NCBI GenBank assembly: GCA_048498995.1
Contig: JBEHWX010000014.1
Location: forward strand, 8,921-72,920
Source of the DNA: Bacteroidota bacterium
GTDB taxonomy: Bacteria; Bacteroidota; Ignavibacteria; OLB7
Length of the DNA: 64,000 nt
Reading direction: 5' to 3'
This document shows, piece by piece, positions 15,301 through 23,205 of the stretch. The stretch's first letter is position 1, and every line of letters begins with the position of its first letter. A program made the translations under genes and the position numbers. The notes under the pieces were generated by a model that was not told the origin of the DNA, made no database searches, and saw only the letters and a list, made by a program, of their open reading frames with translations.

Positions 15301-18027
15301 ACGCACGACCACTTCGGCCCCTCGACCCACCAGCAGGCGGGACTCTACGCCGGCCTGCTGATCGAGCCGAGCGGCTCCCTCTGGATCGATCCGGTGACCG
15401 GCGACACGATGGGTGGGACGATCGGCACCACGCAGATCGTCAAGCGCCCCGACGGCGGCCCCACCGGCTGGCAGGCCAACATCATCGGCTCCAATCCGAC
15501 GCAGAGCTATCGCGAGTTCGCGCTGGAGTTCCAGGATCTTCAGCTGGCCTACTACGCGCCGAGCCGGAGCAGCTTCACGCCGTATCCGGTCTGGACCGGC
15601 GACACGACGGCCGCGTTCCTCGCCGGCGTCAAGGCCTACAACGGCTGGGTCGACAACAACAACTATCTCGGCAACAGCGCCACGATGGCGCAGCAGCTGA
15701 TCTCCAGCTCCGGCAACATCGGCACCTACTCCCTCAACTACCGGAACGAGCCGATCCCGCTCAGGACCGCGAGCTACCCGCAGACCAGCTCCACCGTTCC
15801 GCAGGCCAGCGGCTCGGCCGGCGATCTTTCCTACGCCTTCAGCTCGGACGTGCAGCGCGCCGACCCGAGCCTGAACTCGCAGCCGGCGACCGGCTCGGCG
15901 ATCGCCTCCGGCTCGGTCTTCACCTATCCGCAGACCGCGCTGACGCCGGGGATGGATCCGGGGGATCCGTTCACGCCGCTGCTGCGCGCCTATCAAGGAG
16001 ATAGCATCCAGATCCGGACGCTGGTCGGCGCCCATCTGCTGCCGCACTCGGTAACGGTGCATGGCGTCGACTGGCTCTACGAGCCGTCGGAGCCGAACTC
16101 CGGCTTCCGCTCATCGTACGTCGCGTCGCTGTCGGAGCACTTCGAGCCGAACTTCCGTCTGCCGAACACCAGCACCGGCAACGCCGACTTCCTCTACTCG
16201 ACGAGCCTGAGCGGCAACGGCCTGAACAACGGCCTCTGGGGAATTCTCCGCGGCTACAAGTCGACGACCAGCTCGCTGGTGGCGCTGCCGAACAACACGC
16301 CGGGGTACTCCTCGCAGAACTGCGGCTGCCCGACCGGAGCGCCGGTGCGCACCTACACGGTGGTGGCGATGTCCGCGCAGGCCGCGCTCGACTCCACCGT
16401 CGGCAACCCGGCCAACGGGGCGCTGGTCTACAATCCGAAGTTCGGCTTCAGCGATCCGAACGCGATCATCTACTTCCGCCAGTCCGATCTGACCGGCGGC
16501 ACCTACAACCGCTCCACCGCCGTCGAGCCGCTGATCCTGCGCGCCCGTCCGGGAGAGTGCGTGAAGGTGACGCTCGTCAACAAGTTCAATCCGACGACCG
16601 ACAAGACCTTCAGCACGCTGACCGGTCTGACGAGCATCTGGAAGAACGCCAACTCGCTCTACTCCAGCCTGGTCTACCAGGCCAGCCCGTCGTCGCGCGT
16701 CGGCCTGAACGCGCAGCTTCTCTCCTACGACGTCACCACGAGCGATGGCTCGCGTGTCGGCCACAACGCCGACCAGACCATCGCGCCCGATTCCACGCGC
16801 ACCTATTCCTGGTACGCCGGCATCTGGCAGAAGAGCGGCAGCGGCTACACGCCGGTGCCGGTGGAGTTCGGCTCGGCCAACCTCACCGCTCCCGATCCGC
16901 TTCTGCAGTGGAAGTACGGTCTGATCGGCTCGATCGTCGTCGAGCCGTCCGGATCGGTCTGGACCGAGGATGCCGGGTCGCACGCCTCGGCCACGGTCTT
17001 CGCCAGCAGCAGCGACAGCGCACAGAACAAGCCGGCCTTCCGCGAGTTCGTCACGATGCTGCAGAACAACGTGTCGGTGTCGCAGAACAGCTCGTCGTAC
17101 ACGGCGGTCAACTACCGCACCGAGCCGCAGCAGAACCGCGTCTCCAGCACCGTCACCAACCTGGCCAAGGCCAACCTCGCGGCCATGTACGCCGACTCCG
17201 CCTTCGGGCAGACGATCGGCGGGCTCCCGTCGACGCCGATCTTCACCGCCTCGGCCGGCACGCCGATCCGCGTGCGCATGCTGCACGCCTACGGCACCGG
17301 CACCAGCTCGAACATCGCGATCAACGGATATCCGTGGCAGGAGGAGCCGTATCAGAACAACTCCACGACGATCGGCACCAACCCGCTGTCGGAGTGGATG
17401 GGCGCGCGCAGCCTGCTTCTGTCGGCCAACAGCTACGATCTGCTGCTCGGCCCGGCCGGCGGACCCGGCGGCACCACCGGCGACTACCTCTATGCCTCGT
17501 ATGTCAAGAACGACAACTACACCGGCATGTGGGGGGTGATGACCGTCACGCCGCCGCGGGAGGACGCCGTGCGGATGATCGCCGCTGACCTGCAGAAGAT
17601 GGAGATCAAGGGACAGAACACGGTCGATCCGACGACGAACAAGTTCGCCAGCACGATCAACGTGTACTCGGTCAAGGGAGCCTCGCGCACCCTGATCGGG
17701 ACCATCCCGGTCGACACCTCCAACGGCTCCTGGAAGCTGGCGACCAACGTGCTCACGCGCCAGGGAAAGACGATGCTGCAGAAGCTGATCAACTCGCAAT
17801 CCGACCTTCTCCTGGTCTCCGGCGAGGGAGGAAGCATCAAATTCACGAACTCCGAGCTGAAGACCTTCGAGGCGGTGCGTCGCGCCGAGGAGACCGCGCG
17901 CGCGGTGAAGGCGCCGAGCCAGACGCCGGACCTCACGCGGCCGCTGCTGCCGGGCGAGCAGCCCTTCGTGGCTCCGCTGAAGCCGGTGACGGTCAGCAGC
18001 GGCAAGGACAAGAAGAGCGGGGAATGA
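12370..18027 (+). CDS. Giant secreted multicopper oxidase family protein (MnxG/MofA-like, putative Mn(II)/metal oxidase)
   Basis: The 1,885-aa product has a signal peptide (MKNSATTTLRALSICMLMLGIGGSAQAQ). Type-1/type-3 copper motifs include HCHFYPHFAQGMWGLWRVHD (HCHxxxHxxxxM), VHHAGAGVTHIHHQHAHQW, HIHLVKFDV and FTHDHFGPSTHQQAGLY. The size and multiple cupredoxin-like repeats fit 6-domain MCOs. Confidence 0.65.
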   Translation: MKNSATTTLRALSICMLMLGIGGSAQAQSTGRRVIAHVVALDQPYMFNRLGAAQPAGMIYALLRDIVPIDKSKGLVAGNVRLRSGKRPRPIVLRVNQGDTLTIYFTNYLKPATPGATLSPYPPQTVTMDTLASGLGATETRYAGIHIMGLQPLDTINSDGTWAGANDDGQVAPGGSTVYNLYAPEQGSFLLYSMAATASGTGNSKPGAFSSSTFNVGQMQLGLFGSVAVEPPGAEWYRSQVTQLDLAAATTKWIDSTGKTVTPLTGYPVINYQAQILGVPVLSMLQKAGADSLELVYSDLTAVITGPNAGPFTNTSNDPTFDQNPAYPNRTQPYREIVLHYHEPQNAAVQAFPTFYGSQKTLLTSSGGDNFAINYGIAGIGPEIYANRIGVGPMDSCVNCAYEEFFLSSWAVGDPAMVVDIPANASSATTGAADSSLQTQMMYSVGATVPNPPPTPALGPKASVAYFPDDPSNVYHSYLGDHTVFRVHHAGAGVTHIHHQHAHQWLRSPNSANSDYLDSQTIDPGSSYTLDMTYFGSGNKNLTVGDQIFHCHFYPHFAQGMWGLWRVHDVLEIGSILNPLNGHPIAGTRALPDAEIKTGTPIPAIVPLPTLAMAPVPGAVAIDQTSGQIVIKDTTRNPGFPFFIPGVSGSRAPQPPMDFASGVFYKPDGYGGMTRDSGTLNGGLPRHVVVGGKVVWQQMTSTDWTKIIDTLVAIQLPDSGTTVEKVAMSFHAVRNHTTVTPSGATGATFTTNGRPPAPGAPFADPAVDMNGNPIANKRVYKAAAIQMDAVFNKKGWHFPQQRMLMLWDDVKPTIAGTRPPQPFFFRVNSNEYVEFQHTNLVPGYYELDNFQVRTPTDIIGQHIHLVKFDVTSSDGAANGFNYEDGTFAPDQVVERIHGINDGQLYAYKFRPGVPVSSYAGLQSLPDLAPTMPDTTVFGQPPSYNQQSWLGAQTTIQRWYADPLLNNAGVDRTMRTVFTHDHFGPSTHQQAGLYAGLLIEPSGSLWIDPVTGDTMGGTIGTTQIVKRPDGGPTGWQANIIGSNPTQSYREFALEFQDLQLAYYAPSRSSFTPYPVWTGDTTAAFLAGVKAYNGWVDNNNYLGNSATMAQQLISSSGNIGTYSLNYRNEPIPLRTASYPQTSSTVPQASGSAGDLSYAFSSDVQRADPSLNSQPATGSAIASGSVFTYPQTALTPGMDPGDPFTPLLRAYQGDSIQIRTLVGAHLLPHSVTVHGVDWLYEPSEPNSGFRSSYVASLSEHFEPNFRLPNTSTGNADFLYSTSLSGNGLNNGLWGILRGYKSTTSSLVALPNNTPGYSSQNCGCPTGAPVRTYTVVAMSAQAALDSTVGNPANGALVYNPKFGFSDPNAIIYFRQSDLTGGTYNRSTAVEPLILRARPGECVKVTLVNKFNPTTDKTFSTLTGLTSIWKNANSLYSSLVYQASPSSRVGLNAQLLSYDVTTSDGSRVGHNADQTIAPDSTRTYSWYAGIWQKSGSGYTPVPVEFGSANLTAPDPLLQWKYGLIGSIVVEPSGSVWTEDAGSHASATVFASSSDSAQNKPAFREFVTMLQNNVSVSQNSSSYTAVNYRTEPQQNRVSSTVTNLAKANLAAMYADSAFGQTIGGLPSTPIFTASAGTPIRVRMLHAYGTGTSSNIAINGYPWQEEPYQNNSTTIGTNPLSEWMGARSLLLSANSYDLLLGPAGGPGGTTGDYLYASYVKNDNYTGMWGVMTVTPPREDAVRMIAADLQKMEIKGQNTVDPTTNKFASTINVYSVKGASRTLIGTIPVDTSNGSWKLATNVLTRQGKTMLQKLINSQSDLLLVSGEGGSIKFTNSELKTFEAVRRAEETARAVKAPSQTPDLTRPLLPGEQPFVAPLKPVTVSSGKDKKSGE

Positions 18028-18083
18028 GACGAAGCTCCCGACGGCCCATGCCGGAGGCGAGAGGATGAAGAAGATCCGACACG

Positions 18084-20105
18084 ATGACTATGACGATGAC
18101 TGATGACATGACGAGCTCGACCCGACGCGGGTGCTCGAAGCCTCGATGGATGCGGCCGCTCCGCGCGTGGACCCTGGCGCTCGCGCTGCTGGGCGCTCTC
18201 TCGGTCGACGCGCGCTCGCAGGGCGTTTCCGGCTCCTATCGCCGCGAGGTGATCGAGGAGGGGGTGCGCGTGGAGCTGGCGATCGATCCGGTCGACGGCT
18301 CCCAGCAGGGGAAGGAGTTTCACGAGGGGGAGAATGTCAGGGTCCGCTTCAGGATCTCCGACACCGTCTCCGGCACCGGGATCTCCGGCGCCTCGCCGGC
18401 CGCCTGGATGGATCTGCGGCGAGGCGCGCCGCTGGCCGGCAGGGAGTGTACCGAGCGAGTGGCCAACCATCTCGGCGGCGGCCTCAGCTCCCGAGCGGAT
18501 ATGGATCTGACGATCTACTACGTGCTGACGCTGAACGACGACGGGACGATCCACGTGGTCGATCCGATCTTCGGTTACGGCAACACCCGTCTGCTGGCGC
18601 AGGTGGAGCTACCCGCTCCGGGCGTCGACTGGGCGCTGGCCGAGGAGGGGGAGAAGCTCTTCGTCTCGATGCCGGCCGCCGGCGCGGTGGCGATCATCAA
18701 CACGGCGACCTGGAAGGTGACGGACACCGTCCGGGTCGCCGGCGTTCCCGCCCATGTGCTCCTCCAGCCGGATGGGCGCTATCTCTGGGTGGAGTATCAG
18801 CGGGCCGGCGGCGGCGGAGCCATCTCCGGCGTGGCGGTGATCGACGCGGTCACCGGCAGGCTTGTGCGCGAGCTCGAGACCGGCCACGGCGCGCACACGA
18901 TGGCGGTCGATCCCGACGGACGCTTCGCCTTCATCACCAACACGCTCGACGGAACGGTGACCGTGATCGACGCGCGCGATCCGCGCGTGCTGGCGCAGGT
19001 GCCGGTCGGTGGGCATCCACTGTCGATCTCCTACTCGCCGGTGGCGGCGGCGGCCTACGTGGCCGACTCCCGCGGCGCGGTGAGCGTGGTCGACGGCCGC
19101 TCGCATCGCGTGATAGCGCGCGCGCCGGCCGATACCGGCATCACCAGCATCAGGTTCGCCCCGGGCGGGCGCTTCGCCTTCATCGTCAGCCCGGAGAAGA
19201 ACCGCGTGCTGGTGCTCGACGCGGCCACCAACCGCGTGATCCAGAGCGCGAAGGTCGACTCGATTCCCGATGCCGTCTACTTCTCCGACCGGCTCGCCTA
19301 CGTGCGCCACGTGGCCAGCGAGAGCGTGCTCATGATCCCGCTCGACGGGGTCGGACGGGAGGGGGCGCCGCTGTCGGTGGTCAGTTTCCCCGGCGGGGAT
19401 TTCCCTCCGGGGCGCTTCAACACGCCGACCTTCGCCGACGGCGTGGTGCAGGCTCCGGGGGAGGGGGCGGTGCTCGTGGCCAACCCGCTCGATCGCGCGG
19501 TCTACTACTACTCCGAGGGAATGGCCGCGCCGATGGGAAGCTTCAGCAACTATCGGAAGGAGGCGCGCGCCGTGCAGGTGCTCGACCGGAGCCTCCACGA
19601 GAAGGCGCCCGGAGAATACCAGACGGTGGTGCAGCTCGGCGCCCCCGGCACCTACGATATTTCCTTCCTGCTCGACGCTCCCCGGATCATCCATTGCTTC
19701 GAGCTGGAGGTGAAGCCGGAACAGCAGGCGATGATCAAGCGCGTCGGCACCGCGGCCGGCCCGCTCGCGGTGACGTTTCTCGACGCGCCGCCGGCGGTGA
19801 AGAGCGGCAGCGGCACCACCGTGCGCTTCACGCTCAGCGATCCGGCCACGATGGCGCCCATCTCCGGACTTCGCGATGTGCAGATGCGCGGCATGCTCGC
19901 GGCCGGACTCTGGTGGGAGGATGTGGCGGCCACCGAGACCGCCACGCGCGGCACCTACGAGGCCTCGATCACGCTTCCCGATCCGGGCGCCTACTATTTC
20001 TACGTCGGCTGCCCCTCCCGTGGGATGGGCTTCAACAACGCACAATTCAAGGTCGTCCGGGCTCTTCCGGACCAGGAGGTGATGGAGGATCATGCGAGCA
20101 GGTAA
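18084..20105 (+). CDS. Secreted YVTN-family beta-propeller repeat protein
   Basis: Signal peptide after internal Met (MRPLRAWTLALALLGALS; start could be 18150). Repeated ~40-aa units read 'G..P..L..S.DG..LYV..' (AGVPAHVLLQPDGRYLWVEY; GHGAHTMAVDPDGRFAFITNTLDGTVTVID; GGHPLSISYSPVAAAAYVADSRGAVSVVD). It overlaps the next gene by 14 nt. Confidence 0.55.
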   Translation: MTMTMTDDMTSSTRRGCSKPRWMRPLRAWTLALALLGALSVDARSQGVSGSYRREVIEEGVRVELAIDPVDGSQQGKEFHEGENVRVRFRISDTVSGTGISGASPAAWMDLRRGAPLAGRECTERVANHLGGGLSSRADMDLTIYYVLTLNDDGTIHVVDPIFGYGNTRLLAQVELPAPGVDWALAEEGEKLFVSMPAAGAVAIINTATWKVTDTVRVAGVPAHVLLQPDGRYLWVEYQRAGGGGAISGVAVIDAVTGRLVRELETGHGAHTMAVDPDGRFAFITNTLDGTVTVIDARDPRVLAQVPVGGHPLSISYSPVAAAAYVADSRGAVSVVDGRSHRVIARAPADTGITSIRFAPGGRFAFIVSPEKNRVLVLDAATNRVIQSAKVDSIPDAVYFSDRLAYVRHVASESVLMIPLDGVGREGAPLSVVSFPGGDFPPGRFNTPTFADGVVQAPGEGAVLVANPLDRAVYYYSEGMAAPMGSFSNYRKEARAVQVLDRSLHEKAPGEYQTVVQLGAPGTYDISFLLDAPRIIHCFELEVKPEQQAMIKRVGTAAGPLAVTFLDAPPAVKSGSGTTVRFTLSDPATMAPISGLRDVQMRGMLAAGLWWEDVAATETATRGTYEASITLPDPGAYYFYVGCPSRGMGFNNAQFKVVRALPDQEVMEDHASR

Positions 20106-21516
20106 CGGATCGATCACCAGGAGTCTCCTCCCCCTTCTCCTCGCGGCGGCAATGATCCCCTCCTCGGGGCTGCTGGCGCAGACGAAGAAGGGGAGCTGCT
20201 GTGCTCCAGCCTCCAAGAGCGCCAGCGGCAAGGGCGCCAGCGGCAAGGGCGCCAGCGGCAAGAGCGCGGCGTCGAAGAGCGCAACGAAGGGGAAGGCCAC
20301 CAACTCCTGCTGCGCCCCCTCCGCCTCCGCCGCGAAGGCCGGCGACTCCGCCGATGCCTCGGCCGGACAGGTCTCCGTCTCGACGCTTCCGGACGTGACG
20401 CTCGTGAACCAGAACGGTGAGCGGGTCAGGCTTCACGATCTGATCCGCGGCAGGGTGGTGGCGATGAACTTCATCTTCACCACCTGCACCACGATCTGCC
20501 CGCCGATGGGGGCGAACTTCTCGCGGCTGGTCGATCTGATGGAAGATTATGTCGGCAAGGACGTGGCGATGATCTCGGTGAGCATCGATCCGGTGACCGA
20601 CACGCCGGAGCGGCTTCGGGCCTGGAGCCAGAAGTTCGGCGCCTCCGCCGGATGGACTCTGTTGACCGGCGCCAAGGACGACGTGGACGCGCTGTTGAAA
20701 GCGCTGAAGGTCTACACGCCGGCCAAGGAGAATCACACGCCGACGATGATGATCGGCGGCGCCGATGGCACGTGGATCCGCGCCAACGCGCTTGCCGCGC
20801 CGGAGACCCTGGCGAATGCCATCAAGGGGAAGCTCCCGAAGGAGCGGGTCAGGATCGTGGAAACGGTGGCGAATCTGGCTCGTGAGCGTCGCCCCCTGCC
20901 GCGCGTCGCGGTCACGCATGGCCTCACGAATGATCCGCAGTCGATGGTGGCGACATCGGCGCCCGCCGCGGCCGCACCCGCTACGACCGCGCCTTCGGTT
21001 GCCGCGCGGGGCGTGGCCGGAAACGACGATGCCGACCGGCAGTACTTCTCCGACCTGAAGCTGAAAAACCAGTTCGGCGAGGAGATGCGCTTCTACTCCG
21101 ATCTGCTGCGGGACAAGGTGGTGGTGATCGACGTCTTCTTCGCGCGCTGCACCGGAAGCTGCCCGGTGATGAGCACGACGATGAGCCGCCTTCAGGAGCA
21201 TCTCGGCGACCACGTCGGCAAGGATGTGAACCTGATCTCGATCACCGTCGACCCGGAACACGACACGCCGGAGACGCTCGGCGACTACGCGGATCGCTTC
21301 GGCGCGCGTCGCGGTTGGTACTTCCTCTCCGGCGCGCCGGAGGAGGTGCATCAGGTGCTCAAGCGGATCGGCAACGACGTGGGCCGCCCCGACGAGCACA
21401 AGACGATCATGCTCGTCGGCAACGTCCCGACGCGCCTCTGGAAGAAGGTGGATGGACTTTCCCCGGCCGACGAGATCATTCCGGTCGTCGACGCCATTCT
21501 CAAGGACAGGAAGTAG
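20092..21516 (+). CDS. Tandem SCO1/SenC (thioredoxin-like copper chaperone) protein with Cys-rich GKGAS-repeat N-terminus
   Basis: Two SCO1-type domains each carry a CxxxC motif and an invariant His region. The first reads VVAMNFIFTTCTTICPPMGANFSRL...ISVSIDPVTDTPERLRAWSQKFGASAGWTLLTG. The second reads VVIDVFFARCTGSCPVMSTTMSRL...ISITVDPEHDTPETLGDYADRFGARRGWYFLSG. The N-terminal region is SCCAPASKSASGKGASGKGASGKS...SCCAP. Confidence 0.7.
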   Translation: MRAGNGSITRSLLPLLLAAAMIPSSGLLAQTKKGSCCAPASKSASGKGASGKGASGKSAASKSATKGKATNSCCAPSASAAKAGDSADASAGQVSVSTLPDVTLVNQNGERVRLHDLIRGRVVAMNFIFTTCTTICPPMGANFSRLVDLMEDYVGKDVAMISVSIDPVTDTPERLRAWSQKFGASAGWTLLTGAKDDVDALLKALKVYTPAKENHTPTMMIGGADGTWIRANALAAPETLANAIKGKLPKERVRIVETVANLARERRPLPRVAVTHGLTNDPQSMVATSAPAAAAPATTAPSVAARGVAGNDDADRQYFSDLKLKNQFGEEMRFYSDLLRDKVVVIDVFFARCTGSCPVMSTTMSRLQEHLGDHVGKDVNLISITVDPEHDTPETLGDYADRFGARRGWYFLSGAPEEVHQVLKRIGNDVGRPDEHKTIMLVGNVPTRLWKKVDGLSPADEIIPVVDAILKDRK

Positions 21517-21525
21517 GCGGACCCG

Positions 21526-23076
21526 ATGATCTCGATCCGCACGATGGTGACGAAGAAGCCGGGCGCTCCGATGCTCCTGCTGTCGATGGCCGCGCTCCTG
21601 GCGGCCGCGACCATGCTCGTTCACGCCGACGGGTCTCCGGCGGTGGAGCGTGGGAGAAAGATCTATCGCGAGGGAGCCGAGGGAATGGTCGCCGTCGTCT
21701 CCGGCACGCCGGTCGCATCCTCCGTGCTCCCGTGCGGAAGCTGCCACGGTGCCGATGGACGGGGACGTCCCGAGGGGGGCGTCAAGCCCTCGAATCTGAC
21801 GTGGGAGGAACTGACGCGCGACCGGTCCGGGAGCGCCGACGGACGCCGGCATCCCGGCTATACCGAGAAGCAGCTGCGCCGCGCGATCACGATGGGACTC
21901 GATCCGGCCGGCAACGCGCTGCAGGCGGCGATGCCCCGCTACCGGATGTCGAATCAGCAGATGGACGATCTGATCGCCTATCTGAAGGTGCTCGGCGGCG
22001 AGCGGGATATGGGGCTGAGCGACTCGACGATCGAGACCGGCACCCTCTTCGGCTACCGGTCAGGCGGCGATGACGTCGGCGCCGCGATGCTCGAAACGAT
22101 CCGTGCCTGCTTCGACGAGGTCAACGGCCGCGGTGGGATCTACGGACGTAGAATCGTGCTGGCCGCTCCCTCCGCGGCCGACTCCACGCCGGAGCGTCTG
22201 CGGCAGTTCATCGCGCGGAGCGCGCCGTTCGCGATGGTCGGCTCGATCGGCGCCGGCGTGAACGATGATCCCTCGACGATCGCGGCCGAGCGTCGCACGC
22301 CGCTGGTCGGCGCCGTGGCCGCCGAGCCGCGACGGGACGCGGCGGAGGCGGGGATCTTCTATCTCTTTCCGGGACTGGCCGGCGAATGCGGCGCGCTGGT
22401 GGCGCACGCGATCCGGCATCTCGATGTCGATCACGCCCGCGGAGTGGTGCTGCACGACGGAGCCCCGCTGGACAGCACGCTGGCCAGGGCGCTTACCGAT
22501 ACCGCGGGGGGGCTCGGATGGAAGGCGCTCGTGCCGTTGCGGGTGCCGGACGATCCGGCGGGGCGCGACGCCCTGCTCAAGGAGCTGAGCCGCCAGGATT
22601 CGCTGGTATTGGTCATGCTGCTGCCGCCGGCGGTCCAGGCCGATCTGCTGCGCCGGCTTCCGGCCGGCTGGCGGCCGCGGCTGCTGGTGCCGTCGTCGCT
22701 CTGGGTGCTCGACCCCGGCACGATCCCGGCCGCTCTCGACGGCAGGATCTACATCTCCTATCCACTCTGGCGTGCCACGACCGCGGGAGCGGCCGAGTAC
22801 GACGCGCTGCGCCGGAAATACCGTCTCGGCGAGAACTGGCGCAGCTACCGGCTTGCCGCGCTCGCGTCGGCCAAGATCTACATCGAGGCGCTGATGCGCT
22901 CCGGCCGCGACCTGAGCCGGGAAACGCTCCTGGCGCGTCTGCGCGCGTTGTACCGGTTCGATACCGGCGTGATTCCTCCGGTGACGTTCGGGCCGAACAG
23001 AAGCATCGGCTCCACCGAGGTCTTCATCGCCCGCGTCGATCTGAGTCGCAAGAAGCTCGACCTGGTCGGCGACTGA
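21526..23076 (+). CDS. Fusion protein: mono-haem cytochrome c domain + periplasmic ligand-binding (type-1 PBP / LivK-like) domain
   Basis: A signal peptide is followed by the CxxCH motif (LPCGSCHGADGRG) and a c-type cytochrome fold region (AAMPRYRMSNQQMDDLIAYLK). Residues ~170-516 resemble Leu/Ile/Val-binding proteins (GYRSGGDDVGAAMLETIRACFDEVNGRGGIYGRRIVL). Confidence 0.55.
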   Translation: MISIRTMVTKKPGAPMLLLSMAALLAAATMLVHADGSPAVERGRKIYREGAEGMVAVVSGTPVASSVLPCGSCHGADGRGRPEGGVKPSNLTWEELTRDRSGSADGRRHPGYTEKQLRRAITMGLDPAGNALQAAMPRYRMSNQQMDDLIAYLKVLGGERDMGLSDSTIETGTLFGYRSGGDDVGAAMLETIRACFDEVNGRGGIYGRRIVLAAPSAADSTPERLRQFIARSAPFAMVGSIGAGVNDDPSTIAAERRTPLVGAVAAEPRRDAAEAGIFYLFPGLAGECGALVAHAIRHLDVDHARGVVLHDGAPLDSTLARALTDTAGGLGWKALVPLRVPDDPAGRDALLKELSRQDSLVLVMLLPPAVQADLLRRLPAGWRPRLLVPSSLWVLDPGTIPAALDGRIYISYPLWRATTAGAAEYDALRRKYRLGENWRSYRLAALASAKIYIEALMRSGRDLSRETLLARLRALYRFDTGVIPPVTFGPNRSIGSTEVFIARVDLSRKKLDLVGD

Positions 23077-23205
23077 TCGCCCCAGGCAGCGTCGGCCCCC
23101 GCGCGTGACCGACATGCGCGCGGAGGCTGACGACAACCAACCTTCGAACTACCCCGGGGCCGCCGATGCGCGGCCCATGAAGATGAAGTAACGGCGAGGT
23201 GCTCG

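Noticed and set aside
12340-18554. Minus-strand ORFs 12340-16062 (1,240 aa), 16111-17799 and 17517-18554
   Set aside because: They are antisense to the multicopper oxidase gene and show no motifs. They are GC-frame artefacts.
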